This document shows, one piece after another, positions 29,399-41,716 of a stretch of 64,000 nt of DNA (its first letter is position 1; every line of letters begins with the position of its first letter). This stretch comes from Nitrosomonas sp. GTDB taxonomy: Bacteria; Pseudomonadota; Gammaproteobacteria; Burkholderiales; Nitrosomonadaceae. The notes under the pieces were generated by a model that made no database searches, was not told where the DNA came from, and saw nothing but the letters and a program-made list of their open reading frames with translations. Both the position numbers and the translations under genes were made by a program. Location of the stretch: positions 9,898 to 73,897 of the forward strand of contig JAJHPK010000038.1 in the NCBI GenBank assembly GCA_020890945.1. Direction: 5' to 3'.

Positions 29399-31070
29399 TT
29401 TAGTCAATACTGTGACTGCCTATTTATTCCCTATAAGCAGTGAAAAACCTAATCACAGCAAAAATAATACGCTGCTTAGTCTCGAATTATCTGAATCCAA
29501 CCATTCCGAACAACGCTGGCGTCTTTTGCAATACTTCTGTATTTACCGATTATTAATCGGATGTGCCCTAATTCTGGTTGCATGGAACTTTAATCAAACA
29601 GGCTTTGGTGTATATCGTTATATGCCATTTATTCATACCGTTGCCGGATATGTTTTATTTAGCTGTTTGTGCATAGGATTAACGCGATTTCGCTTTTCTA
29701 CACTGGATTGGCAGCTTTTTTTCCAAATTTGTGGCGATATTCTTTTTTTTGCGTTTATGCTTTACACCAGCGGTGGAATACAAAGTGGATTAGGCGGTTT
29801 AGCATTAATCTCGCTCGCTGTCGCAGGATTGATTGGCCGAGGACGCATGGCGCTGTTTTTTTCATCAATCGCGACTATAAGTCTGCTACTACAAGAAGTT
29901 TATGCATCCATAACGATAACTTCTTATTCTGCGCAATACACTCAAGCAGGCCTGCTAAGCATGGCCTATTTTGCAGTAGCTTGGCTCGCACAACAACTCG
30001 CGAAAACCACCTTACAAAGTGAAAAACTTGCCAAAGAACGAGGCGTTGATTTAGCCAATATGTCTCAAGTTAATCAATTGATTATACAAGAATTAACAGA
30101 AGGAATTCTCGTCGTTGATGAGGATGAAAATATCCGACAAAGCAATGCATTAGCAGAAACCATGCTCAATATTGACTTAAGCAGTCATCGAGCAAATTTC
30201 CTAAAAATATCGGAACTTCCACCCGAACTTGTTCATTTAATATCAAACTGGCAAAAAAAATGGAATGTTGGACACACAGAAGTATTACGCATTACTTGTA
30301 CCAACACATTGACCCATGTTAGATGGGTTCCAATACAGTCAACTACGCGCAATGGAGCTGTTATTTTTCTTGAAGACATGAGTCGTTTGGAAGCACAGTT
30401 GCAACAATTAAAACTAGCTGCGTTGGGACGTTTGACGGCAAATATCGCTCATGAAATTCGCAACCCACTTTCAGCAATCAATCATGCAACCGAATTACTT
30501 CAGGAAAATGATAACGTCACTAGTAGCGATACACGTCTTATGCACATCATCTCTGACAATACGCGACGTCTCAATAAAATTGTCCAAGATATTCTACAAC
30601 TCAACCGAAAACCTACTTCCAATCCGATTGTCATCAACGGTTATCTTTTTATAGAAAATTTTCTTGATGAATTTTGCTTAGGAAAAAGAATTAATAGAAA
30701 TATTTTTAGTTTTAACGGAATCAGAAATCACCAAATCACTTTTGATAGCGACCATCTCAATCAAATACTTTGGAATCTATGTAGTAACGCACTGAGATAC
30801 TGTACCCAACAGGAAAATAGCATTCGAATCAATTTATCAATCGACGCACAGAAAAATAACACGATCCTTGACATTATTGACGATGGCGCAGGATTGGATG
30901 TTCAAAAAAGGAAACAAATTTTTGAGCCTTTTTACACTACTTCATCCAAAGGCACCGGTCTTGGGTTATTTATTGTAAGAGAATTATGCGAAGCAAATCA
31001 TGCAGTTATTGAATTCATTGAAAATTCTGCCGGAGCTCACTTTAGAATTAAGTGCAACACTATTCAATAA
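29379..31070 (+). CDS. Polytopic sensor histidine kinase, PilS/NtrB-like
   Basis: About 6 N-terminal TM helices, a PAS-like segment, the H-box LTANIAHEIRNPLSAI, the N-box NLCSNALRY and the G-boxes DDGAGL and GTGLGLFIV. It is followed by a sigma-54 activator. Confidence 0.8.
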   Translation: MSIKKLNLVNTVTAYLFPISSEKPNHSKNNTLLSLELSESNHSEQRWRLLQYFCIYRLLIGCALILVAWNFNQTGFGVYRYMPFIHTVAGYVLFSCLCIGLTRFRFSTLDWQLFFQICGDILFFAFMLYTSGGIQSGLGGLALISLAVAGLIGRGRMALFFSSIATISLLLQEVYASITITSYSAQYTQAGLLSMAYFAVAWLAQQLAKTTLQSEKLAKERGVDLANMSQVNQLIIQELTEGILVVDEDENIRQSNALAETMLNIDLSSHRANFLKISELPPELVHLISNWQKKWNVGHTEVLRITCTNTLTHVRWVPIQSTTRNGAVIFLEDMSRLEAQLQQLKLAALGRLTANIAHEIRNPLSAINHATELLQENDNVTSSDTRLMHIISDNTRRLNKIVQDILQLNRKPTSNPIVINGYLFIENFLDEFCLGKRINRNIFSFNGIRNHQITFDSDHLNQILWNLCSNALRYCTQQENSIRINLSIDAQKNNTILDIIDDGAGLDVQKRKQIFEPFYTTSSKGTGLGLFIVRELCEANHAVIEFIENSAGAHFRIKCNTIQ

Positions 31071-31075
31071 CTTTT

Positions 31076-32485
31076 ATGAATAAAATAAACAATACGTACT
31101 CACAGGACAAAACTCATTCGACAAAAATTCTAATTGTTGATGACGAACCCGATATTATTGAATTGCTTGAATTAACATTAGCACGCATGGGTATGGATGT
31201 TGCAAGCGCGCAATTGATTGGTGACGCAAAGAAATTATTGAACAATAATACATTTCAACTGTGTTTAACAGATATGCGCTTACCTGATGGAGAAGGATTA
31301 GAGTTAGTCAGGTACATCAATCAATTTTATAGCGATCTTCCAGTCGCGGTCATTACTGCGCATGGAACGCCTGAAAATGCAGTCGCTGCGCTTAAAGCAG
31401 GTGCATTCGATTATTTGTCGAAACCAGTTGGATTAAAAGAAGTGCGTGATTTAGTAAAATCTGCTTTAAGTATTCCTACTCACGGGCAGTCGTATCCGAA
31501 TCAGCGCACACTGCTGGGAAACTCTCCTCCCATGCACCAATTAAGGGCAACAATCGATAAACTTGCACGCAGTCAGGCCGCAGTTTATATCAACGGAGAA
31601 TCCGGTAGCGGAAAAGAATTAGCCGCTCGTATGATTCATGAAAGGAGCGCACGGCATTCACAGCCTTTTATCGCGGTAAATTGCGGTGCAATTCCAGACA
31701 ATCTCATGGAAAGCGAGTTTTTTGGCTATAAGAAAGGTGCCTTCACAGGTGCCGACAAGGATCATGATGGTTTTTTTCTGATGGCTCACGGCGGCACACT
31801 TTTTCTAGATGAAGTAGCGGATTTACCCTTGGCGATGCAAGTAAAATTGCTACGCGTCATTCAAGAAAAACAAGTTCGCAGGATTGGTGATTCCCAAGAA
31901 AAAACCGTTGATGTACGCATCATCAGCGCCACACACAAAACACTCGCTCAATGCGTAGAATTAGGGCAGTTTCGCCAAGATTTATATTATCGCTTGAATG
32001 TCATTGAGTTAAATATGCCATCTCTACGAGAAATGAAAGAAGACATTCCGATCATTGCCGAAAACATTATCAATAAACTTTGTGCAGAAGCGAACAGAGC
32101 TCCTTGTCAGCTTAAAAAAGAAGCTCTTGAATTATTGATGCGTTACGAGTATCCAGGCAATGTTCGTGAACTTGAAAATATCTTGGAACGCACTTTAGCC
32201 CTCAACTCGGATTGTGAAATTGGTCATGATGAATTACAAATGCCAGAAAAATTTAAGATTCCGGCAAAAAATGAAATCAATGCACCGCAAATAAAACTCA
32301 AATCTTCCTTTGATGAAGAAGCCATACCGTTACAAGACTTTCTCGACAAACTCGAAAAAAATTCGATCGAGAAAGCATTGGAACAAAATCGCTATAACCG
32401 AACAAAAGCGGCCAAAGTACTCGGCATTACCGTAAGATCATTACGTTATCGCATGGAAAGACTTGGCTTAAACGAACCAGCTTAA
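31076..32485 (+). CDS. Sigma-54-dependent response regulator (PilR/NtrC-like)
   Basis: Receiver (ILIVDDEPDI...LTDMRLPDG...K), AAA+ domain with Walker A GESGSGKE, GAFTGA, Walker B FLDEV and an R-finger, and a C-terminal Fis-type HTH (YNRTKAAKVLGITVRSLRYRM). Start set to the ATG at MNKINN. Confidence 0.88.
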   Translation: MNKINNTYSQDKTHSTKILIVDDEPDIIELLELTLARMGMDVASAQLIGDAKKLLNNNTFQLCLTDMRLPDGEGLELVRYINQFYSDLPVAVITAHGTPENAVAALKAGAFDYLSKPVGLKEVRDLVKSALSIPTHGQSYPNQRTLLGNSPPMHQLRATIDKLARSQAAVYINGESGSGKELAARMIHERSARHSQPFIAVNCGAIPDNLMESEFFGYKKGAFTGADKDHDGFFLMAHGGTLFLDEVADLPLAMQVKLLRVIQEKQVRRIGDSQEKTVDVRIISATHKTLAQCVELGQFRQDLYYRLNVIELNMPSLREMKEDIPIIAENIINKLCAEANRAPCQLKKEALELLMRYEYPGNVRELENILERTLALNSDCEIGHDELQMPEKFKIPAKNEINAPQIKLKSSFDEEAIPLQDFLDKLEKNSIEKALEQNRYNRTKAAKVLGITVRSLRYRMERLGLNEPA

Positions 32486-32532
32486 ATCATTCATTTGTTA
32501 ATGCGATGTTTGTACTTCTTTGAAGCTATAGT

Positions 32533-33585
32533 TTACGTAATTTTAGTTACTCTTAATCGGTGAGTAACCCATAACGACGCAGCCAGCAACAAAACAGCTC
32601 CTCCTTGATGTGATGCCGCCAAAGGAATCGGCACTACGTATAACAGTGTTGAGATACCTAAACTGATTTGAATAACAAGCATTAATAAGAAGAGGTTACA
32701 AGCAAGTCGAGTCGTTGCTGATAATCCATACTTTCTCGACCGAAACCAAAATAGCGGTACTAGAATAGCCAATATCCAAGCAATCAAACGATGATCAAAC
32801 TGTACTGTTGCCATATTGTCGAAAAAATTACGGTACCAAGGCTCCAGCATAAAAATTTCTGGAGGTATGAAATGTCCGTTCATTAACGGAAATGTATTAT
32901 AGGCAAAACCCGCCCGAATCCCAGCAACAAAACCACCTGACAAAATCATAATAAAAATTAATATCGACAAACCAATTGAAAATTGGCGAAGCGGCCGAAT
33001 CACTGCATCAACATCAGAATTATCTGTTTTTGGAGACAATATACCCAAAGCAACCCAAAACATCGCCGCAAAAATAACGATAGCCAACCCTAAATGCGCG
33101 GTCAGGCGGTATTGACTCACATGAGGATCGTTCACCAAACCGCTCATCACCATATACCATCCCATAAATCCCTGTAACCCACCAAGAATAAATATTCCCG
33201 TCAACCTCGCCCCTAACGATCGATCAATACGTTTTTTAATTAAAAAATAAACAAATGGAATAAAAAACACCAAGCCTATTAAACGACCTAATAGACGATG
33301 AAAATATTCCCACCAAAAAATACCTTTGAACTCATCGATACTCATGCCTTTGTTAATTTTTTGGTACTGTGGTGTGGCGCGGTATTTTTCTAATAAAATC
33401 TCCCAGTCGTTTTGGGTTACTGGAGGCAAAGTACCCACGATTGGTTGCCACTCAACGATGGAAAGTCCAGAATCGGTCAAACGGGTTACCCCACCCACAA
33501 CAATCATGGCGAATACCAAGGCACAACATATTAATAACCATACTGCAATTGGTTTTTGATTATTCATAAATAAAAAGTTCTTCAA
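32533..33585 (-). CDS. ctaA: Heme A synthase, COX15/CtaA family
   Basis: 350 aa and about 8 TM helices, with GG.TRLT.SGLSI.EW.P, paired His motifs (EY.HR, AHL, DHR, ASHQ) and the [12 protein letters not shown]-terminus typical of COX15. Confidence 0.85.
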   Translation of the reverse strand: MKNFLFMNNQKPIAVWLLICCALVFAMIVVGGVTRLTDSGLSIVEWQPIVGTLPPVTQNDWEILLEKYRATPQYQKINKGMSIDEFKGIFWWEYFHRLLGRLIGLVFFIPFVYFLIKKRIDRSLGARLTGIFILGGLQGFMGWYMVMSGLVNDPHVSQYRLTAHLGLAIVIFAAMFWVALGILSPKTDNSDVDAVIRPLRQFSIGLSILIFIMILSGGFVAGIRAGFAYNTFPLMNGHFIPPEIFMLEPWYRNFFDNMATVQFDHRLIAWILAILVPLFWFRSRKYGLSATTRLACNLFLLMLVIQISLGISTLLYVVPIPLAASHQGGAVLLLAASLWVTHRLRVTKIT

Positions 33586-33599
33586 TCGATTAGTAGCAA

Positions 33600-34046
33600 T
33601 TATTTGTCACGCATTAAACGCTGTTTAGTACGTTCCCATTCTTTTTGTTTCTCAGTTTCTCTTTTATCGTGTTGTTTCTTTCCTTTGGCCAATCCAATTT
33701 CAAGCTTAATTCTGCCCGATTTATAGTGAATATCCAACGGAACAAGCGTATAACCTGCCCGCTCGACCTTTCCTATAAGTCGTTTAATCTCTTCCGCATG
33801 AAGCAGTAATTTACGTGTTCGAATAGGATCAGGATTAATATGTGTTGAAGCCGTTTTGAGCGGGCTAATATGACAGCCAATCAAATACAATTCACCATTT
33901 CGTATCATCACATAAGCTTCTTTAAGCTGTACTCGACTATCACGAATAGATTTTACCTCCCACCCATGCAAAACGACCCCTGCTTCGTATTTTTCCTCGA
34001 TAAAATAATCGTGAAAGGCTTTTTTGTTTTGTACTATACTCATCAA
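33600..34046 (-). CDS. smpB: SsrA-binding protein SmpB
   Basis: [37 protein letters not shown] and GYTLVPL..Y.K.GR.K.EI.LAKGKK. Confidence 0.96.
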   Translation of the reverse strand: MMSIVQNKKAFHDYFIEEKYEAGVVLHGWEVKSIRDSRVQLKEAYVMIRNGELYLIGCHISPLKTASTHINPDPIRTRKLLLHAEEIKRLIGKVERAGYTLVPLDIHYKSGRIKLEIGLAKGKKQHDKRETEKQKEWERTKQRLMRDK

Positions 34047-34125
34047 GAATGTAACATCAGGAATTAGCGGACTTAATTTTATCAGTTTTTAGATGCTGTC
34101 TCATTAGCAACAACAATTTACTTTT

Positions 34126-34599
34126 ATGGCAGAAATAGAAAAATCAGTTATAGTCGAATATTCAGCGGAACAAATGTTTGCATTAGTGGATAATGTTGAA
34201 GATTATCCAAAGTTTCTCCCTTGGTGTGGAGGGACATCCGTCGTTATTCAAAATGATGTTTGTGCGCATGCTACGGTTAATATTAATTATCATCAAATTC
34301 AGCATAGTTTTACTACTGAAAATAAGCGTTACCCCATCAATACCCCTGCCGCCAATAAAGAAGATAAAGATGCTTTGATTGAAATGAGCTTACTTGATGG
34401 GCCGTTCGAACAACTGGAAGGATACTGGCATTTTATTTCGCTAGGAAACGCCGCCTGTAAAATTAATTTCCGGCTACGTTACACATTTTCCAGCAAAATT
34501 TTGGAAAAATTATTCGGTCCAGTCTTTCACATGATTGCTAACAACTTTGTTGAATCTTTCATAAAACGCGCTGAAGAAATCTATGACAAACCATCCTGA
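34126..34599 (+). CDS. ratA: SRPBCC (polyketide cyclase/CoQ-binding) protein, RatA/YfjG-like
   Basis: V.YSAEQMF.LV..VE.YP.FLPWC with a START-like fold, and a divergent position next to smpB as in E. coli (smpB / ratA-rnfH). Confidence 0.8.
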   Translation: MAEIEKSVIVEYSAEQMFALVDNVEDYPKFLPWCGGTSVVIQNDVCAHATVNINYHQIQHSFTTENKRYPINTPAANKEDKDALIEMSLLDGPFEQLEGYWHFISLGNAACKINFRLRYTFSSKILEKLFGPVFHMIANNFVESFIKRAEEIYDKPS

Positions 34600-34876
34600 G
34601 TCTTTCAAAGTCGAAATTGCATATGCACTACCTGATCTACAAATTCTTAAGCAAATAACAGTAGATACGGGCAGTACCGTCGAACATGCGATTATGCAAT
34701 CGGGTATTTTAGATCAATTTCCTGATGTGACACTGACAAAAAATAAAATTGGCATCTTTGGACATTTCGTACCATTTAATACGATTCTAAAACCCAATGA
34801 TCGAGTAGAGATATACCGCTCTCTAATAGTTGATCCTAAAAAAATAAGAGCACTTCGTGCTAAAAAAAGTAACTAA
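34583..34876 (+). CDS. rnfH: RnfH-family ubiquitin-like protein
   Basis: 97 aa: V.IAYALPD.Q.L..I.V..GSTV..AI..SGIL..FP......NKIGIFG........L...DRVEIYR.LI.DPK..R. It overlaps the ratA stop by 17 nt. Confidence 0.82.
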   Translation: MTNHPESFKVEIAYALPDLQILKQITVDTGSTVEHAIMQSGILDQFPDVTLTKNKIGIFGHFVPFNTILKPNDRVEIYRSLIVDPKKIRALRAKKSN

Positions 34877-34992
34877 CGAAAAACTCGCAACAAGAATGAT
34901 AATATAATTTATTGCAATTCAAGTTCATATATTCATCAGGTTACAATAAAAAAACTGATGGTCATGTTCTTTGAAACATTACCATAAACATT

Positions 34993-35679
34993 ATGAATAT
35001 TTCATCGTTTTATAAACCTATCCGAATTGTGCTAGTTGGTCAAGACAGCATTATTCAATATGCTTTAGAAAAGTTGATAGCCCAACAAAACAGCACGATG
35101 ATTGTTGTTGGAAATTATTCCAATTGCACAGAATCTCTACTTAATTTAGATAAAGACTTACCCAATATCATCATCATTAATCCAAATCTGGAAGAAGAAG
35201 AAGAAGAATATCTAGAAACAATTTTCGACTTGATTGTTAAAACACACGCAAAAGTTCTAATTTTCAAATGGTTACAACATGCAGAAATCTATGACAGATT
35301 CCTTCTTGCAGGCGCACGCGGATTTTTAGAAAAGGAATTTCCCTTAGATACCATTATAAAAGCCATTGAAAAGGTTCATGAAGGACAATTATGGTTAAGT
35401 CAATCAACCATTATTCGCTTGCTCAATGAGCTATCTTTACAAAGTCTCAAAAAAAGCCATATCCAAAACAAGAATGAAATTCACAAACTAACCCCCAAAG
35501 AAAAGAAAGTGTTTTTTACGATGATTGAAAATGTTGAATTACCGGGAAAAATCGTTGCCGCAAGATTAAGTATTTCCGAGAGCACTTTGCGTAACCATTT
35601 AACATCGATTTATGACAAATTAAATATACACAATAAATCAGAGCTGCGTAGCTATGTGGATAAGCACAAACTTAAATGA
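34993..35679 (+). CDS. LuxR-family transcription factor with a degenerate (pseudo-)receiver domain
   Basis: The C-terminal LuxR HTH is LTPKEKKVFFTMIEN...IVAARLSISESTLRNHLTSIYDKL. The N-terminal domain has receiver-like topology, but VLVGQDS replaces the DD pocket and IIIINPNLEEEEEE replaces the D-containing DLxMP site. Confidence 0.75.
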   Translation: MNISSFYKPIRIVLVGQDSIIQYALEKLIAQQNSTMIVVGNYSNCTESLLNLDKDLPNIIIINPNLEEEEEEYLETIFDLIVKTHAKVLIFKWLQHAEIYDRFLLAGARGFLEKEFPLDTIIKAIEKVHEGQLWLSQSTIIRLLNELSLQSLKKSHIQNKNEIHKLTPKEKKVFFTMIENVELPGKIVAARLSISESTLRNHLTSIYDKLNIHNKSELRSYVDKHKLK

Positions 35680-35862
35680 TGATCCTTTACAACCGCCCTA
35701 TTCTTTCATATTTGTGATATAAATGAACGATGCATTGGAGGAATAAAACTTTCTAATTTAAACTGGATACCAAGTTGATGTTCAGAATCAGCGTCTTCAT
35801 TCAATGCATGACAATAAGATTGATCTTTTATTTTTATAACAATTTAGAGGGAATTAGTTACC

Positions 35863-36201
35863 ATGAAAATAATACCTATGTTTATTAGCACAGTAGCGCT
35901 ATTCGTAAGCACCCAACTTATTGCCGCTGATGCTGGACACACCTCCGAAGCTATGGAACATGCCGGAAAATCGCAAGCGCACGGGGAAATGGGACATGCT
36001 AAGGAAGCGCTACAACACGCGAAAGACAGTCTAGCGCATGCTAAAGCCGCTGGCAAAGAACATGCTGAAGCTCACAAGCATATGGATGAGGCCGTAAAAC
36101 ACCTAGAAGAAGCGATTAAACACGCCGAAATGGGACATGGAGAAGAATCCGCAAAACACACTTCAGAGGCAATGAAACACATCCGCGAATCTGGTCATTA
36201 A
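35863..36201 (+). CDS. smbP: Periplasmic histidine-repeat small metal-binding protein, SmbP-like
   Basis: A signal peptide is followed by an all-helical repeat of H-x3-A/E-x2-H type (HTSEAMEHA, HAKEALQHAKDSLAHAKAA, HAEAHKHMDEAVKHLEEAIKHAE, HTSEAMKHI), with about 15 His in about 89 mature residues by hand count. It resembles SmbP described from Nitrosomonas europaea. Confidence 0.75.
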   Translation: MKIIPMFISTVALFVSTQLIAADAGHTSEAMEHAGKSQAHGEMGHAKEALQHAKDSLAHAKAAGKEHAEAHKHMDEAVKHLEEAIKHAEMGHGEESAKHTSEAMKHIRESGH

Positions 36202-36374
36202 TTCTGCTTACATATTCTCAGAATCCACTCTTCGAATTTTTCGCCAATAACCACGAAGAGTGGAAATAAATCGTCTCACATCAGCAATAATCCCAATTAT
36301 CATTCTCGCTATTTTCAAGAAAAATTAGCTCTTTTACTTAAAATCAAATCGTTATATTTAAATACCTCCTTGTC

Positions 36375-36403
36375 TTGAAATTCTCAAAAAGAATTCATAT
36401 TAT
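36375..36403 (+). promoter_or_regulatory. Sigma-70-type promoter of groESL
   Basis: TTGAAA-N17-TATTAT immediately upstream of the CIRCE palindrome and about 135 nt before groES. Confidence 0.6.
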
Positions 36404-36429
36404 TAGCACTCATAGTTAATGAGTGCTAG
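36403..36429 (+). promoter_or_regulatory. CIRCE operator (HrcA binding site)
   Basis: TTAGCACTC-N9-GAGTGCTAG, which matches the consensus TTAGCACTC-N9-GAGTGCTAA at 17 of 18 positions. Confidence 0.9.
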
Positions 36430-36539
36430 AATCTCTGTTAACTATTAACTTAGTTCTTAAATCACATACAAAAGTTATGACGACTTGAAATGTAGATTAA
36501 TTTGCATAGCTTTTTAACCATAAATAATAGGAGAAAAAT

Positions 36540-36833
36540 ATGAAGATTCGTCCTTTGCATGATCGCGTTGTGGTAAAGCGTTTGGAAGATGAGCGCAAAA
36601 CCGCTTCAGGCATTGTTATTCCAGATAGCGCCGCCGAAAAACCTGATCAAGGAGAAATTATCGCTGTTGGAAAAGGAAAAGTTGGCGACGATGGCAAAGT
36701 CCACCCATTAGAAGTAAAAGTTGGTGACAGAGTACTCTTTAGTAAATACGGCGGCCAATCAGTCAAAATTCAAGGTGAAGAGCTTTTAGTCATGCGCGAA
36801 GAAGACATCATGGGTGTTATCGAAGGCAAGTAA
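36540..36833 (+). CDS. groES: Co-chaperonin GroES
   Basis: [36 protein letters not shown]. Confidence 0.98.
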   Translation: MKIRPLHDRVVVKRLEDERKTASGIVIPDSAAEKPDQGEIIAVGKGKVGDDGKVHPLEVKVGDRVLFSKYGGQSVKIQGEELLVMREEDIMGVIEGK

Positions 36834-36867
36834 TTCACTTTGTGCATTAACTCAATATTTATTTTAG

Positions 36868-38541
<1,674 letters not shown>

Positions 38542-38565
38542 AACTCAACCACGATTCATTCAAAT

Positions 38566-38599
38566 AAAAAACCCTCAAAGATTCTTTGAGGGTTTTTTT
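38566..38599 (+). terminator. Rho-independent terminator of groESL
   Basis: AAAAAACCCTCAAAG-attc-TTTGAGGGTTTTTTT. Confidence 0.85.
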
Positions 38600-38660
38600 A
38601 TTCAACCCACGAAGCCACTTTTATTTTCTCAATAAATCACAATCATGATAAATTCTAAGC

Positions 38661-39410
38661 ATGAATACCGTTAAAGATTATTTACCTCCAAATGATTTAC
38701 TTAAAGATCGCGTCATTCTTATTACTGGAGCAGGTCAAGGATTAGGACGAGCGGCTGCACTTGCCTACGCAGCACATGGTGCAACAGTCATTTTGCATGG
38801 CCGTAAAGTAAAAAAATTAGAATCGATTTATGACGAAATCGCACTGTTAGGAAAGGCTGAAGCAATTATTTATCCTTTGGATTTTGAGAAAGCAGAAGAA
38901 CAGGATTTTCAGATAACCGCTCAATCAATAGCGCAGCAAATTGGGCGTTTGGATGGAATTCTTCATAATGCCGCTTTTTTATATGGATTAAGTCCCATCG
39001 AGCATCAAAGTATTGAACAATGGCGTACCATTCTTCAAGTTAATTTAATCGCGCCTTTCGCATTAACAAAGGCCTGTTTACCACTACTTAAATCTGCTCC
39101 AGACGCAAGTATTATTGTGACTTCAGATTCGCACACCAGCAATCCAACGGCCTACTGGGGCGCTTTTGTCGTAGCCAAAACAGGCATGGAAGCTTTAGTG
39201 AAAAGCCTAGCGAATGAATGGGAACAATCCATACCGCATTTGCGCATTAATAGCGTAACCCCCGGTGTGGTTAATTCTCCACAACGAGCACAAACGCATC
39301 CGGGTGAAATGAAACACACACTGCGCCAACCTGAAGACATCATGTCAACTTATCTATATTTGATGGGACCAGATAGCGCTCATGTTAGTGGCGAAACGAT
39401 TTTTTGCTAA
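38661..39410 (+). CDS. Short-chain dehydrogenase/reductase, YciK-like
   Basis: TGAGQGLGRAAAL (TGxxxGxG), NAA, and S...Y...K (SDSHTS..AYWGAFVVAKT). 249 aa. Confidence 0.85.
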   Translation: MNTVKDYLPPNDLLKDRVILITGAGQGLGRAAALAYAAHGATVILHGRKVKKLESIYDEIALLGKAEAIIYPLDFEKAEEQDFQITAQSIAQQIGRLDGILHNAAFLYGLSPIEHQSIEQWRTILQVNLIAPFALTKACLPLLKSAPDASIIVTSDSHTSNPTAYWGAFVVAKTGMEALVKSLANEWEQSIPHLRINSVTPGVVNSPQRAQTHPGEMKHTLRQPEDIMSTYLYLMGPDSAHVSGETIFC

Positions 39411-39495
39411 CAACAGTGTAAAGCCTAGCTGCGATTCGTTTCAATAGTAGGTATAATCCGACAAGATCAGATTACTCTGATGGCAGTATTTAATC

Positions 39496-39580
<85 letters not shown>

Positions 39581-39688
39581 AATCAACTAATAAATGTATT
39601 CGTACTATTCTTTTTATTACTTGAATTTAGATTTACTGTCAGATAATGGTTTGATACTTGTGTGAATATTTATGAATCAGGAATTTGA

Positions 39689-41017
39689 ATGGAATCCAAT
39701 ATAGAAAACCTTGGTGCGTTGAAACGACGCGTAGCAATTTCAATTACCCCTGAGAAACTTCAGTCTGAAATTGATAATCGTTTAAAAAAACTAGCAAAAA
39801 CAGCCAAATTAGCAGGATTTCGTCCTGGTAAAGTTCCATTAAAAATCATCGCTCAAATGTATGGCGCTCAAGCGCATCAGGAAGCATTGAGCGATAAAAT
39901 TCATGAAGAATTTACCAATACCACCAAACACCATAATTTAAGAATTGCAGGCTATCCGCACTTCGAAAGCAATTCAGCGAGCGATAACGCTTCAACTTCC
40001 TACGAATTCACGGCCACTTTCGAAGTTTATCCCGAGATTTCAATTGGCGATTTAAGCCAACATTCTCTAGAACAACCCGAAGTACAAATATCCGATAATG
40101 ATATTGATAAAACACTTGAAGTAATACGAAAACGCCAAACTCGTTACGAATCAATCAATGATCGTAATGCGCAAGAAGGTGATCAAGTAAAAATAGATTT
40201 TCATGGATTATTAGATGGCAAAGATTTTGCTGGAGGGAAAGCACAAAATATTCAATTAATTATTGGCGAAGGAAGATTTCTTAAGGACTTTGAATCGGCG
40301 CTGGTCGGTATGAAGCCAGGCGACGTTAAATCATTCGATGTAAAATTTCCAGATAATTATCATAGTAAAGATCTCGCCAATAAAACCGTTGTCTTTGAAG
40401 TAAAACTTCTTGAATTGAATAAACCGGTATTGCCCGAGATCGATGTTGATTTCGCAAAGTCTCTAGGTATTGTTAGCGGTGAAATGAAAGAATTACGTGA
40501 CGCAATTAAACGCGATTTAGAAAATGAAACGACCAAAAGAATAAAATCAAAGCTCAAAGAACAAATTATGCAAATTCTATTGGATGCAACTCAAATTGAT
40601 GCACCCAGTGTTTTAATCGAACAAGAAACAGAAAGGCTTATGCAAGAGGCACAAAATAATTTACAAAGCCGAGGTATAAAATCGACAGACATGCAGCTTG
40701 CACCAGAGCTTTTCAAACAAAAAGCTGAATATCGTGTTAAATTGGGATTGATTCTAGCTGAACTGGTAAAGCTTCATTCCCTGAAAGCAAAACCCGAACA
40801 AGTCCGCAATCTTATCGAAGAGATTGCGCAAAGTTACGAAAATCCGGAACAAGTTGTTAAATGGCATTATTCCTCAAAAGAACATTTACAAGAGGCCGAA
40901 GCATTAGTATTAGAAGAAAATGTCGTCAAATGGGCATACGATAAAGTAAAAATCACCAGCAAATCTATAACTTTCGATGAACTAATGGAACTGCCACAAC
41001 ATGAAACCAGTAACTGA
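39689..41017 (+). CDS. tig: Trigger factor
   Basis: GFRPGKVP ribosome-binding signature, a central FKBP PPIase domain and its position before clpP-clpX-lon. Confidence 0.96.
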   Translation: MESNIENLGALKRRVAISITPEKLQSEIDNRLKKLAKTAKLAGFRPGKVPLKIIAQMYGAQAHQEALSDKIHEEFTNTTKHHNLRIAGYPHFESNSASDNASTSYEFTATFEVYPEISIGDLSQHSLEQPEVQISDNDIDKTLEVIRKRQTRYESINDRNAQEGDQVKIDFHGLLDGKDFAGGKAQNIQLIIGEGRFLKDFESALVGMKPGDVKSFDVKFPDNYHSKDLANKTVVFEVKLLELNKPVLPEIDVDFAKSLGIVSGEMKELRDAIKRDLENETTKRIKSKLKEQIMQILLDATQIDAPSVLIEQETERLMQEAQNNLQSRGIKSTDMQLAPELFKQKAEYRVKLGLILAELVKLHSLKAKPEQVRNLIEEIAQSYENPEQVVKWHYSSKEHLQEAEALVLEENVVKWAYDKVKITSKSITFDELMELPQHETSN

Positions 41018-41642
41018 TCATATGTCAGATCTAGAACCAAGAAATCTAGGATTAATTCCGATGGTGATTGAAACCAGCGGAAGGGGCGAACGAGCATACG
41101 ACATATATTCTCGTTTACTCAAGGAACGAGTCGTTTTTCTGGTTGGTCCTGTTAACGAAACAACGGCAAATTTAATCGTTGCACAATTTTTATTTCTTGA
41201 ATCAGAAAACTCCGAGAAAGATATCTATTTTTATATCAATTCGCCAGGTGGCATGGTATCAGCGGGCTTAGCGATCTATGACACCATGCAATACATCAAG
41301 CCAGATATTAGTACTTTGTGCATTGGTCAGGCTGCTAGTATGGGTGCTTTACTTCTTACCGCCGGGCAAAAAGGCAAACGTTATTGCCTACCTAATTCAC
41401 GCGTAATGATTCATCAGCCTTTAGGCGGATTTCAAGGGCAAGCGTCCGATATTGAGATTCATGCACGTGAAATCCTGTATCTTAAGGCCAAACTGAATGA
41501 AATTATGGCACAACATACAGGACGTTCGATGTCGGATATAGAAAAAGATACCGATCGCGATAATTTTATGAGCGCATCCGAATCGGTTAAATATGGACTC
41601 GTTGATGCCGTATTAACACACAGAGATGAAAATAAAACCTAA
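41001..41642 (+). CDS. clpP: ATP-dependent Clp protease proteolytic subunit
   Basis: [38 protein letters not shown] (Ser), MIHQPLGG (His) and D.D.D. The start could be the second ATG at 41022. Confidence 0.97.
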   Translation: MKPVTDHMSDLEPRNLGLIPMVIETSGRGERAYDIYSRLLKERVVFLVGPVNETTANLIVAQFLFLESENSEKDIYFYINSPGGMVSAGLAIYDTMQYIKPDISTLCIGQAASMGALLLTAGQKGKRYCLPNSRVMIHQPLGGFQGQASDIEIHAREILYLKAKLNEIMAQHTGRSMSDIEKDTDRDNFMSASESVKYGLVDAVLTHRDENKT

Positions 41643-41716
41643 ATGGGTTAATGTGTGCGCATAAAAACTTAACAAAACTTTTTGGTATTTCAATTTGATT
41701 ACTGTAGGACATCAAT

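Noticed and set aside
35844-36056. A 70-aa Cys/Ala-rich ORF antisense to the smbP-like gene.
   Set aside because: It is a mirror frame of the GCx/CAx-rich histidine-alanine repeats. The sense frame has a signal peptide, an RBS-like GAGGGA and a recognisable repeat architecture.
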